A stretch of DNA of 42,066 nt from the NCBI GenBank assembly GCA_023379055.1, contig JAMCSX010000004.1, positions 1-42,066 on the forward strand, written 5' to 3'. Below are positions 8,971-18,660 of the stretch, piece by piece; the stretch's first letter is position 1, and each line of letters opens with the position of its first letter. The notes beneath the pieces were generated by a model that was not told where the DNA came from, made no database searches, and saw nothing but the letters and a program-made list of their open reading frames with translations. Position numbers and translations under genes: made by a program. Origin of the DNA: Candidatus Marsarchaeota archaeon (GTDB lineage: Archaea; Micrarchaeota; Micrarchaeia; Micrarchaeales; CABMGC01).

Positions 8971-9011
8971 TTAAATATATATTTAAGTAAATATATATTT
9001 ACTTAAGTAAA
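8971..9011. promoter_or_regulatory. AT-rich nested palindromes at the promoter of the pilin/ATPase cluster
   Basis: Perfect palindromes 8971-8986 (16 bp), 8983-9006 (24 bp), 8998-9011 (14 bp), directly upstream of RBS AGGTGG and ATG 9022. Confidence 0.5.
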
Positions 9012-9021
9012 AGGTGGTTTA

Positions 9022-9381
9022 ATGGGAAATATAGAACAAATACACGCATGGAAGTTCCTTATTGTAATGTGCACGGCATTGATACTATTCCAGAAAGTAA
9101 ATGCGCAAGGGTTTGCATCATTTGACATAATATCCACTCTAAATTATGTACAGGCGCTGCTTACGCATATAGGTCCAATCCTTAGCGCTATTTTATTTAT
9201 TGTGGCCGGGATATTCTATGCAATAGGTCAATTATTTCCGTCTCACCAGCGTGCAAGTTTCCACACTACCTCCGGAGACTTAATAATGGGTGCAATAATA
9301 GTTGCCGTACTTTCTGTGGCTGCAAACAGTTTTGCACTTGCATCAACACATCTTCTATCTAATGTCACAAATATAACGTGA
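9022..9381 (+). CDS. VirB2/TrbC-like (CedA1/TedC-like) pilin
   Basis: Signal peptide ending VNA|Q, amphipathic helix, then two hydrophobic helices (IGPILSAILFIVAGIFYAIG; LIMGAIIVAVLSVAA) joined by a short polar loop. Confidence 0.65.
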   Translation: MGNIEQIHAWKFLIVMCTALILFQKVNAQGFASFDIISTLNYVQALLTHIGPILSAILFIVAGIFYAIGQLFPSHQRASFHTTSGDLIMGAIIVAVLSVAANSFALASTHLLSNVTNIT

Positions 9382-9385
9382 TAAA

Positions 9386-10414
9386 ATGCCTGCCTTTTCT
9401 GCGTATGATTTTAGTATAGTGATTGCAGTTCTTTCCATAATGATAGCAATAGGCGGCATTGCACTTGGGCTAGGATATGCAATGAACAGCAAGCCCCTGA
9501 AGGAATTTGGGAAGGATGAAATATACCAATCCCTCATAAACGGAGTGATGGTTGGTGGGCTTATTGCGCTTTTCATGCCCTCAGGCATAATAACAACTAC
9601 TGTCAATTCTATAGCTTCGCCTTCAGTATCTGCACAATGCCCCTCGTACCTTGCACAGAATGCTGCAATATGTTTTTCCTATGCATACTTGTCTGGTGCA
9701 GGATATACCTTTAATGGTGTATACCATAGCTCAGTGCTTTCCCTATCAACGATGCTAATGGCTGCACTATTTGCCCTAAACACTGTATTGGGACTTCTCG
9801 CCTCAGTAAAAATGTCAATACTACTCATTACGTTCTCGCCATCAGCAATACTTGCCCCAATACTAAATCAAATACAATTCTTCATAAAGGCGCTTACAAC
9901 CGCGTCGCTAAGCGCGTATGTTCAATCTTCGATACTATCCGCAATTGCGGTAAGTTCGCTCTCAATACTACTCCCGCTCGGCATCATGCTGCGTACATTC
10001 TATCCCTCCCGCAAACTTGGCGGGTTCATGATAGCAACAGTAATTGGACTTTACGTCGTATTTCCACTTACGTACATAATGGATGCGAACATACTCAATT
10101 CCTACTCAACAAGCATAAGCAATGCCTCTATAGTAAATATGACCAACCAGGCAACAAGCCTCAACGGATATGTGTCTGGCATCTCCGTATCAGACGCAAA
10201 CGGGTCTTTTCTATCAAAGATATCAGATGCATTGAAGTCATTGGCAGCGGATTTTTCGTCCCTTGCAAACCAGCTCATGGAAGATGTGGCATATTTCATA
10301 ATGGCAGCATTCATACTTCCAGCCTTTAGCATAGTACTTACGTCAATATCAATTAAGGAGTTTTCAGGCATATTGGGATCAGAGATAAACTTCAATATCT
10401 TCGATGCGGTGTAG
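9386..10414 (+). CDS. polytopic membrane protein, CedA/VirB6-like
   Basis: About 6 TM segments; LLPLGIMLRTFYPSRKLGGFMIA..GLYVVFP motif; Cys pair in an external loop; context. Confidence 0.6.
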   Translation: MPAFSAYDFSIVIAVLSIMIAIGGIALGLGYAMNSKPLKEFGKDEIYQSLINGVMVGGLIALFMPSGIITTTVNSIASPSVSAQCPSYLAQNAAICFSYAYLSGAGYTFNGVYHSSVLSLSTMLMAALFALNTVLGLLASVKMSILLITFSPSAILAPILNQIQFFIKALTTASLSAYVQSSILSAIAVSSLSILLPLGIMLRTFYPSRKLGGFMIATVIGLYVVFPLTYIMDANILNSYSTSISNASIVNMTNQATSLNGYVSGISVSDANGSFLSKISDALKSLAADFSSLANQLMEDVAYFIMAAFILPAFSIVLTSISIKEFSGILGSEINFNIFDAV

Positions 10415-10417
10415 TTC

Positions 10418-11134
10418 ATGTACGAAGAAGACAACAAAAAACGTCACGAGTTCTATCTAGTATATGGGCTATCTGCGACAATACTCATTGCGAGTTTTGT
10501 CATGTACTCGCCATTTGCACTAATACTCTCTGCAGTAGTGTTACTACTTGCAGTAATAATGCTGCATTCTGGTCACATCATAAACAACCTTCTTATTAAA
10601 AGATCCCATATAATAGAGATCTCTGGAAATTACCGGCTTGGTAGAAACATAAATTCAATATCACGGAGATACGGAAACTCCTACAGGTCAATCTCAATGG
10701 CCCTCCTAAAACCACGAGCCACACAGGCGAATCCCGCAGTATTCAAGGAGCTTCTTGAAGGCCTAAATGAGCATTTTGAGTTTTCCATAGAGCTTGAAGA
10801 GATCGACAAAGGCAAAATAATAGAGGGACTTCGCACTAAGCTCAGGATGAAGGAGATCGCGCTTACCCGATCAGACCAGAAATCATACGACAAACTCAAT
10901 GCCATAAAGCGCCAGATAGATCTAATAAATGGGGAAATGGCAAACCTTGCCTTTGGAAAGTCATTTCAATTTGATATAAAAATAAAGTCAATATGTATCG
11001 CAGACGACCAATCTGAAGCAGAATTCTGTTCATCGAAGGATATAGAGGCACTTGCAAATAAATTTTCTGCGGCTCTTGGCACCGATTTCCAGATACTTAG
11101 CGGAGAAAAACTACTTACATATTCTGGCGTTTGA
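10418..11134 (+). CDS. 2-TM + coiled-coil protein, resembles the N-terminal part of VirB3/VirB4
   Basis: N-terminal TM hairpin, coiled coil (LRTKLRMKE..LNAIKRQIDLINGE); in frame with the next ATPase. Confidence 0.6.
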   Translation: MYEEDNKKRHEFYLVYGLSATILIASFVMYSPFALILSAVVLLLAVIMLHSGHIINNLLIKRSHIIEISGNYRLGRNINSISRRYGNSYRSISMALLKPRATQANPAVFKELLEGLNEHFEFSIELEEIDKGKIIEGLRTKLRMKEIALTRSDQKSYDKLNAIKRQIDLINGEMANLAFGKSFQFDIKIKSICIADDQSEAEFCSSKDIEALANKFSAALGTDFQILSGEKLLTYSGV

Positions 11135-12247
11135 ATGACTATGCTAACTTCAAATGAAATATCACGGTTCATGTGCATGCCTTTTGTGCAAGAACCCGAC
11201 AATGATGACGTTCTTAACCTACATGAAACTGGCGTATTTATAGGCAATTCACAAAAGTTCAATATGCCGGTATTTATAAATCCTGAGAATACCCTAAACC
11301 CTCATATGCTTATCTGTGGAATGACCGGCGGCGGAAAGACCTTCCTTGCCCGCAGCATAGTCGCGAGATTACACGTGTTTTTAGGTGCCAATATAATAGT
11401 AGTGGACTTTACCGGCGAGTATGCACAAGTGATGTCAAATCTATCAACATGTCCCACCAACAACATTTCAGGAATGTTCGGCGAATCAATAGGTATATTC
11501 TATTCCGATCTTCATGGGCTTAAAGAGAGACAGAAGATAATGGCTGCATCAAATATGCTGGATGAGATTGCAGATCTTATGAGATCTAGGGAATATGGCT
11601 TTAAAAGGCGCTTATTCATTCTTTTAGACGAAGCCTGGAAGCTTGTAGAAAATAATAAGGGATTGGAAGCCATAATAAGGGAAGGAAGAAAATATGGCAT
11701 AGGCCTAATAACATCGTCTCAGCTTCTGCACGATACAAATTCTAATATCCTATCAAACATGGCGACGTTGTTCATATTTAAGACTACCAGCAAATCAAGT
11801 CTTGAGAGGCTTGCAAAAAGCTACAATCTCTCTGATAAAGAACTTCTTAGCATACAAAACCTGGATCTTGGTGGATGTTTTCTCATCCAGCTGAACAAAT
11901 CTGGATCAAGGTCTGCATTTCAAATAAGAAAAGTCATCGGGATCAACGAATCTGAACTGTTTGGTATTAAATCTGGTGCAAATATGGAGATAAAGATTGA
12001 AAAGGAAAGGCTCTATGCGATAATAGAGTCGCTATGTGGTATACAAAAGCTTGAAATTATTGAAAAGCTCTCCGAAAGCAAATCTGTAGACCTTACTAAG
12101 CTAATCAGCCTGATGATTATGTACGGGGCAGAACGTGCGGCAGTGCTAAAAGAGATTAAAAAGATGGGATTTACGGATCATGACATAGCCGATTCATTCT
12201 CAATTGCTCTTAATGTGATAGACAATGCAAAACAAGAAGACAGATAG
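11135..12247 (+). CDS. VirB4/CedB/HerA-like P-loop ATPase (compact)
   Basis: G.S....PVFI.....NPHMLICGMTGGGKT, IVVDFTGEY, LDEAW, IREGRKYG..SQ. Confidence 0.88.
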   Translation: MTMLTSNEISRFMCMPFVQEPDNDDVLNLHETGVFIGNSQKFNMPVFINPENTLNPHMLICGMTGGGKTFLARSIVARLHVFLGANIIVVDFTGEYAQVMSNLSTCPTNNISGMFGESIGIFYSDLHGLKERQKIMAASNMLDEIADLMRSREYGFKRRLFILLDEAWKLVENNKGLEAIIREGRKYGIGLITSSQLLHDTNSNILSNMATLFIFKTTSKSSLERLAKSYNLSDKELLSIQNLDLGGCFLIQLNKSGSRSAFQIRKVIGINESELFGIKSGANMEIKIEKERLYAIIESLCGIQKLEIIEKLSESKSVDLTKLISLMIMYGAERAAVLKEIKKMGFTDHDIADSFSIALNVIDNAKQEDR

Positions 12248-12905
12248 GGGTGGATACCTTTCAAGTATAATATCATTATGCGCCGAACAACGTACCAGCG
12301 TCGCAAAGGCAATGGCTACCCTTTCATGCTATCCAAACATCAAGAAGGTATCGGAAGGTAGCACGCCATCCTACCTGGTCAATATTGATGGAGTTTATGA
12401 TAGATTTTATATTGTGAAGATATGCAAAGACAGGATAGTTGTTACACTTAACTCTAGATCTTCCCCATTATACTTCATCAAAGAACATATCTTACGTTCT
12501 CTAAGCATCATAATGGTACTTTCTGATGACTATAAGGTAGATATGAGTGGACTTATCCCATATGTTGTAGAGGCACTTAACAGAGAGCTTGTTCCAGTGA
12601 TCTCGAAGCAAGAATGTGACCCTGTTGCAGCTACACATGACACTATATTATCAAAGAGGATTGTAAGTCTATTGAATGAGCGTAGTGAGCTAAACCAAAA
12701 AGTAGCAAAATCCAACGCGCTTTCCACATCGCTCATATCAAAATTCATACTCCAAAAATATGCATCTGGGTATGACATTAGAAGGATCGCCTCAGAACTA
12801 AACGTCAATAAAGATTCTGTATCCGAATCCTTGCATTATCTTGAAAAAATGGGATATCGCATGCTATTGGGAAAGGAAGGCACATTTGAGATGGTCAAAA
12901 TATGA
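12225..12905 (+). CDS. hypothetical protein with coiled coil and C-terminal HTH
   Basis: DIRRIASELNVNKDSVSESLHYLEKMGY wHTH-like end; overlaps both neighbours. Confidence 0.7.
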   Translation: MQNKKTDRGGYLSSIISLCAEQRTSVAKAMATLSCYPNIKKVSEGSTPSYLVNIDGVYDRFYIVKICKDRIVVTLNSRSSPLYFIKEHILRSLSIIMVLSDDYKVDMSGLIPYVVEALNRELVPVISKQECDPVAATHDTILSKRIVSLLNERSELNQKVAKSNALSTSLISKFILQKYASGYDIRRIASELNVNKDSVSESLHYLEKMGYRMLLGKEGTFEMVKI

Positions 12906-13339
12906 ACGGCATACTGTCTTTAATTATGAATAGCTGGCAGATACTGTTTGGTGCCGCTTTCCTAATTGTGCTAAAAACAATAAGAGGCAGAAAGCACTAT
13001 GTATCTATACATTATGAAGAACCTGCTGCCATTGATATGGCCGATGTGGGTGCCTGCGATCCGAATGCGCACACGGATCCGATAAAAGACATTCTGCTTA
13101 TTGCCGGAGTTAATCCGGAAAGTCAGTCAATCTTCAATAATGCATGTTCAAAGCTTGGCATAATATCTAACTCAAATATACAGTCATTAAAAATGCTGTT
13201 GATAAGGCACAGGTATGTTAAGTTAAGGGTATTCCGCGGCAACATTAATCAGATGTCAAGATTCATGCACACACCCTGCTTTACATCTGGCATGCTGCTT
13301 GCATTTATGCTCGACAAGAACCTTGAGGTGATTCAATAA
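12902..13339 (+). CDS. hypothetical protein with N-terminal membrane anchor
   Basis: ATGA overlap with upstream gene; one TM segment. Confidence 0.65.
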   Translation: MNGILSLIMNSWQILFGAAFLIVLKTIRGRKHYVSIHYEEPAAIDMADVGACDPNAHTDPIKDILLIAGVNPESQSIFNNACSKLGIISNSNIQSLKMLLIRHRYVKLRVFRGNINQMSRFMHTPCFTSGMLLAFMLDKNLEVIQ

Positions 13340-13530
13340 CCCTTGAAGCGCTTTTCTTAACAAACATGATGCTATTCGGCATAGTGTTCAGCGCAGCAAT
13401 AGACACAATAATTCTATTCAGTATATTCAATGGCAAGATAAGTCATGAAAACATGAGGAAACTGTCCATGCCCCTTGCTCTGTTTCTGCTAATACTCCTA
13501 ATGTACAAGGCTGTTGCATGGACTATATAA
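13336..13530 (+). CDS. small 2-TM membrane protein (absent from the ORF track; ATA start at 13336 or ATG at 13366)
   Basis: Open frame ITLEALFLTNMMLFGIVFSAAIDTIILFSIF..LSMPLALFLLILLMYKAVAWTI*; GAGGTGA RBS just before ATA; fills the operon gap and overlaps both neighbours. Confidence 0.65.
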   Translation: MTLEALFLTNMMLFGIVFSAAIDTIILFSIFNGKISHENMRKLSMPLALFLLILLMYKAVAWTI

Positions 13531-13781
13531 AGAATGTACTTGATTTTGACCGCAAGACCACATCCAGCGAAGCGCTTTTGGTTATGCCAAACATATTCCT
13601 GACCATACTTCTTATTTTATATCTATCCGGGCTATCAAAATCCTTTGTCAAAGCCCTGTTCATCCTGACAACAATAATTTTTCTATATCTATTGTATGCC
13701 TGCAGGTTATCAACCCGTTCTCGGCATTATGCAATGTTATCATTCATTAATCTGGTAATCGCCGGAACCTTAATACTGTAG
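13518..13781 (+). CDS. small 3-TM membrane protein
   Basis: Three hydrophobic segments; operonic spacing. Confidence 0.65.
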   Translation: MDYIKNVLDFDRKTTSSEALLVMPNIFLTILLILYLSGLSKSFVKALFILTTIIFLYLLYACRLSTRSRHYAMLSFINLVIAGTLIL

Positions 13782-13790
13782 GCGAATTGT

Positions 13791-15986
13791 ATGAAGCTAT
13801 ACTATTTCAATATAAATGCCGTATCCGATAGCCTAGACAGAAAGCTATTTCTGGACTATCTTCTTAACAGCGAGTTCATGATGCTCCATGACTTTGGACT
13901 AGGTACCACCTCAATAATCTCAGAGTCACCTGAAAAGGTAGCACAGTTGAACGTGTCTGGCATGGGCATAGACGTTGAGGAAATTAATAGCATAGGCGAT
14001 ACCTCCGGTCGGTTTATGCGCGTTCCTATTGCAATGTTCCAGAATAAAAACTACAAGATAGCGGAAAGAAGATATATCGACGATATGTATGGCGTGTTTA
14101 TGGGATCAGACGTAAAGATGTTCTCATCATTTACGCATCCAAGGAGCAGAAGCATAACCGAGCTTAAGGATAATATCGAAGACAAGATAAGCAGGATAGA
14201 AGTCAGGTATTCCCACAGCACGGGCGAAGCAGCCATACGCCAAACCAGCTCAGCATCTAATGACTCTTATTATGGCTCCTACGAAAAACGGCTCCTATCA
14301 TTATTTCTTGACAACCTCAACGATGCTCTTATCAATAGGGGGCTTGCCTACAATACATCATTCATGATCAGACCTGATAACTACGAGGTTATAAACTATC
14401 TAAAGTCAATTGCCGTGGTGCTTGAACAGGAGACCATAACTGTAAAAAGTATAGAAGACCTATATGACCATGCAAAAAAAGCAGATTCAATACCGCTATC
14501 CTATGCGAATGCGTCCAAGGCAATAGGCATCTCAAACAGAATAAGGAGGGTAATAAACACCAGTTCGGTGGCTAAGACAATGTCAGGAGACATAGAACTT
14601 GGGAGATACATTTCTCCAGGCATATCTACAGGTTTGCAGAAGGCAGAGATAAACTCAAAAGTGCTGAATCTTGGGACCCTAATTACCGGGCTACCCGGAA
14701 CAGGAAAGACCAACGCAAGCAAACTTATAGTGGGCCAAGCCCTAAGGAGAAAGGCATATGCAGTAATAATATCACCAACAGGCGAGTGGGACGAATTTGG
14801 ACATAGTAACTCACTTAATGTAGTAAATCTTGGGAAGCCGCAGATAAATATAAATTTTTTCAAGTGTGAATCTAATAATATCTCAAAATTCTATGAAAAC
14901 CTCGCAATGCTGATCTCTGCAGGCTCGAATTCCGGACCTTACCAGAACTCGATGCACAACTGCCTTCTCTCTGCTTTCTCAAAAATATACGCAAAGACAA
15001 ATAATCCAGAGCCTGAAGAGGCATATGCCGAGATCGAAGATTCTGTAATAGAGCAGCACGCCAAGAGGACTGGTGCAGGAGTCAAATACACCAAGCATGG
15101 GGAGAATATCAGGGCAAGCCTTGAGGGATTAAGGCAAGTGCTCATGAAGCCGCAATTCGCATACTCGGATAGCACCAGCTTCAAGGAACTTGTAAAAAGC
15201 GGCGTAGTTTTTGATCTCTCAGAGTTAAGCAACAACATAAAGCCATTAATCTATGCACTTATCCTTAATCAGGTATACAACATATCTGAGGAATTCGACA
15301 TATATGGGGACAATGAGACAAGGCTCATAATCTGCCTTGAAGAGGCCCAGCTCGTATTTAATGAAGACAACGAATCTAGTGCTACTCTGGATCTGCGGGA
15401 TAGGATACAGAACTTCAGGAAGAATGGAGTTGCGCTTTTAATGATAACTCACAACATAAATGATATAAGCCCAAACATCAGGAGGCTGTGCCAGAACAAG
15501 CTCTATTTCAGGCAAAGTGCAGATGTTGCAAAATATGCTGCCAATGATTTAATATTCAATGAGGCAGATTACGACAAAATAGTGGAATTAATGAAGACAC
15601 TTGGGCATAGGGAGTGTGCAGTGAATGTGGTTGAGATGTCAAGCCACGGAAAGAACATACCCAACTCATCCTTTGTCAGAATAATGGACTACCGAGAGAA
15701 TACTTATGGCGCAAGCGATGAGCATATTCCACCAGAGTCAAACACTGCAATAAGGATAGTATCTGGCAGTCCAGATTCAAGTTTCCGGTATGAGATCCAT
15801 TATTTAGGTGAACGCATACGTTCTGGAATGTCTGGACAGCATGTGTCCATTGAAAAAGGTCTCCTGCCAAATAAAAAATACAGGCTCTTAGTGCTTGGTG
15901 ACAAAAAGAAGGAGAACAGAGAATTCCAGATCATCGGAGGTACGGATTGCGAGATAATAATGCAATCTGAGCATAAAACTACTTAG
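13791..15986 (+). CDS. HerA/VirB4/VirD4-like ATPase, large
   Basis: ITGLPGTGKT, ISPTGEW, VVFDLS, ICLEEAQ, QNFRKNGV.L.MITH, FRQ. Confidence 0.85.
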   Translation: MKLYYFNINAVSDSLDRKLFLDYLLNSEFMMLHDFGLGTTSIISESPEKVAQLNVSGMGIDVEEINSIGDTSGRFMRVPIAMFQNKNYKIAERRYIDDMYGVFMGSDVKMFSSFTHPRSRSITELKDNIEDKISRIEVRYSHSTGEAAIRQTSSASNDSYYGSYEKRLLSLFLDNLNDALINRGLAYNTSFMIRPDNYEVINYLKSIAVVLEQETITVKSIEDLYDHAKKADSIPLSYANASKAIGISNRIRRVINTSSVAKTMSGDIELGRYISPGISTGLQKAEINSKVLNLGTLITGLPGTGKTNASKLIVGQALRRKAYAVIISPTGEWDEFGHSNSLNVVNLGKPQININFFKCESNNISKFYENLAMLISAGSNSGPYQNSMHNCLLSAFSKIYAKTNNPEPEEAYAEIEDSVIEQHAKRTGAGVKYTKHGENIRASLEGLRQVLMKPQFAYSDSTSFKELVKSGVVFDLSELSNNIKPLIYALILNQVYNISEEFDIYGDNETRLIICLEEAQLVFNEDNESSATLDLRDRIQNFRKNGVALLMITHNINDISPNIRRLCQNKLYFRQSADVAKYAANDLIFNEADYDKIVELMKTLGHRECAVNVVEMSSHGKNIPNSSFVRIMDYRENTYGASDEHIPPESNTAIRIVSGSPDSSFRYEIHYLGERIRSGMSGQHVSIEKGLLPNKKYRLLVLGDKKKENREFQIIGGTDCEIIMQSEHKTT

Positions 15987-16380
15987 GTAGGACTGCCAAA
16001 AGGATTGATTACTATGGTAACAGTCAATAAAATACCAAATAACTAGGATATATAAGTACGGCGATAACCTGGCTTTGTTCCTGGATAGAATGACTGACAA
16101 CCAATGGCCGGAAACTCCATCTATGTAAAAAACGCCGTTACTATTACCTCTTAACATTTACATTTCTATAATCAACCTGCCAACGGTAAAAGTTTTTGAA
16201 TCTGGTAAATGCACGGTATGGGATCAAGTTTATCAATCAAAAAATACCATTGGAAGCCAATGACCTTCAGTCATTGGAGGATGTCACATTAGGCAGTAAT
16301 AAACTGGTGGAGAAACAGGCATAAGGATAACTAAAAAGATATATAAAGATTGGAATATCATAATACTAAAGTGGTAAGCA

Positions 16381-17874
16381 GTGTCCCAGCAGGAATCCGA
16401 GACCAAACCAAAAAGCGATACTCCGAATCCTAAGGCAAAGGAGCTGTACAAACAAGCAGGAGTGCTTTTTGAAGAGAACAAATTCGAGGATGCTATAGCC
16501 ACATACGGCCAGGCAATATCTGAGGACCCAAATTATTCCAGTGCATACTTCAACAGGGCGCTTGCGTATGCAATAATAAACAAATACAGCGAGGCAACGC
16601 GGGATGCAGAGAAAGTACTTGACATAGAGCCTGATAGCTATGATGCCCCCTATGTAATGGGCATAATCGCGGAATACCAAAACGATTTTCAGGGAGCTAA
16701 GGAGTGGTATGATAAGGCACTATCCCGGAATCCTAAATATGAACAGGCACGTGGAAGGCTAGAGGCACTCAAAGCAAAGATGAACAAGCATCCGGAGATA
16801 CCCATATCAAAAGGTGCCAAGAAATCTGAAGATGAAACTGTAGTTGAAGAAGGCCAGATTAAGAAGGTCAAGTTCTTCAAGTCCAGCATAACGTTCAGCG
16901 ACGTGGTGGGCATGGACAAACAGAAGAAGGTGATCCATGACAACATAGTCCTTGCCATAACTAAGCCTGACCTTCTGAGGGCGTATGGCAAGAAGCTTGG
17001 TCTCGGCGTGATATTCTATGGCCCGCCAGGTAATGGAAAAACTTATTTGGTCAACGCTATCGCCGGCGAAACCAAGTCCAATGTGATAATCGCGCAAATA
17101 AACCAGATAGTGGATATGTATGCCGGAAATACAGAAAAGAACATGCATGCCATATTCCAGCAGGCCAGGGAAGCTGCGCCATGTATAGTCTTCTTCGATG
17201 AACTCGACGCCCTGGGAGTCAAAAGGGGCGGCGACGGCGGAGGCGGCGGAGAAGGACAGAGTTTTATGAGGATGGCAGTAAATCAGTTCCTGCAGGAGAT
17301 GGATGGGGTTGAAAAGAATCCGGAAGGCCTGTTTGTTATAGGTGCTACCAATGCGCCGTGGGACATTGACCCTGCCCTCAAGAGGTCAAAGAGGTTCGGC
17401 GAGACAGTATACATGCCTCCACCGGATTATAAGACGCGGAAAGGTGCATTCAAGTATCATACAAGAAAGATGCCGATATCCCACGTAAACTTTGATAGAC
17501 TAGCCAGGTCGACTATGGGATTTTCATCTGCAGATATAGAGGAGATATGCGATAAGGCAGCACTTATACCTGCAGTAGAGGAAGACAGGACGGGAAAGAG
17601 GAGGAAGATAACAATGAACGACTTTCTTAAGATGATAAAAACCCATGGCAATACTCTTGACGAATGGTATGGGATGGTGAAAAAAGATATAATAAGCAAA
17701 ACGGAAACACAGATAGTAGATGGAAAGAAGCAAGTCATAGTAAAGGAAGGAAAGCTTGGTCCGGAAGAGAAGCAGAAATACAAAGCCCTTGTGAAGGATG
17801 TGAAGAGAAATTCAAACGCATTTTACATATTCATCAAGAAATTGGTAAGGTCTTTTTCGCTATATGTCATCTAA
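16381..17874 (+). CDS. TPR-domain AAA+ ATPase
   Basis: Three TPRs at the N-terminus; GPPGNGKT, FFDELD, ATNAPWDIDPALKR..RF; GTG start. Confidence 0.9.
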   Translation: MSQQESETKPKSDTPNPKAKELYKQAGVLFEENKFEDAIATYGQAISEDPNYSSAYFNRALAYAIINKYSEATRDAEKVLDIEPDSYDAPYVMGIIAEYQNDFQGAKEWYDKALSRNPKYEQARGRLEALKAKMNKHPEIPISKGAKKSEDETVVEEGQIKKVKFFKSSITFSDVVGMDKQKKVIHDNIVLAITKPDLLRAYGKKLGLGVIFYGPPGNGKTYLVNAIAGETKSNVIIAQINQIVDMYAGNTEKNMHAIFQQAREAAPCIVFFDELDALGVKRGGDGGGGGEGQSFMRMAVNQFLQEMDGVEKNPEGLFVIGATNAPWDIDPALKRSKRFGETVYMPPPDYKTRKGAFKYHTRKMPISHVNFDRLARSTMGFSSADIEEICDKAALIPAVEEDRTGKRRKITMNDFLKMIKTHGNTLDEWYGMVKKDIISKTETQIVDGKKQVIVKEGKLGPEEKQKYKALVKDVKRNSNAFYIFIKKLVRSFSLYVI

Positions 17875-18000
17875 AGAGAAAAACTAACAGTCGTTACCTT
17901 ACTATAACAAACATACGTGAAAGCTTTAAATTAGTTGACTATCATAATCTCTTCTTGTTATTCGGGCGACCGCGAATAACTAACTCCATGGGATGTTGCA

Positions 18001-18660
18001 TTGACTACACTGGCTAGAGACACATCGCAGCAATCGGTTTCAGAATCAGATAATCCTTCAATAAACTTTCTGAAGGGAATGGTTAGGCAGCAGTGGGTCA
18101 GCAAGCTCGAAAACATCATAAGCGACAAGCAAACCGGCAAGCAGATGGTCGCATACATGGAGGCACACATATCAAACATGGGTGGAATTATAGACCCGCT
18201 TGACTATGAGGTATTCTGCATACCGCAAATAATTTCGCATTCGAGACACATGACAAAAGGTGAGTTGTATAAATATCTGTGCGTTTTGGAATCTGTTGCA
18301 GTTGGATATTCATCTATACACGGAAAGAATACTGCATGCCTTCTCATGATAGGGCTTACTGCAAAAGCAAAAAACCTTGGATGTGCGGAAAAATATTACC
18401 AAAACGTTTCAGATAATATGGGATCAAAAATTACTGTATGCAATGGCTTGATAGAGAAGAGGCAAGCCAGAATAATGCGGCTTTCAGGCATGGCGGATAG
18501 GTATAGCAAAGGCATATTCAGGATATTCAGAAGGAGAAAAATCGCTACAATAATGAGAAAGATAGATAAGAACAGAAAGGTTGCTGAGTCATTAAATAAG
18601 AGGATGTGTTCAATAAGTAACACATATAGGAGCATGAAGCTTAGGGCAGGTGCCCAGTAA
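18001..18660 (+). CDS. hypothetical protein with basic coiled-coil C-terminus
   Basis: 219-aa ORF filling the gap. Confidence 0.6.
   Translation: MTTLARDTSQQSVSESDNPSINFLKGMVRQQWVSKLENIISDKQTGKQMVAYMEAHISNMGGIIDPLDYEVFCIPQIISHSRHMTKGELYKYLCVLESVAVGYSSIHGKNTACLLMIGLTAKAKNLGCAEKYYQNVSDNMGSKITVCNGLIEKRQARIMRLSGMADRYSKGIFRIFRRRKIATIMRKIDKNRKVAESLNKRMCSISNTYRSMKLRAGAQ

Noticed and set aside
8608-9006. 132-aa plus-strand ORF
   Set aside because: Antisense shadow of the peptidase pseudogene
15987-16380. Possible att site or gene remnant at the right border of the cluster
   Set aside because: No repeat of the 5S or left-border sequence and no coherent reading frame found by eye
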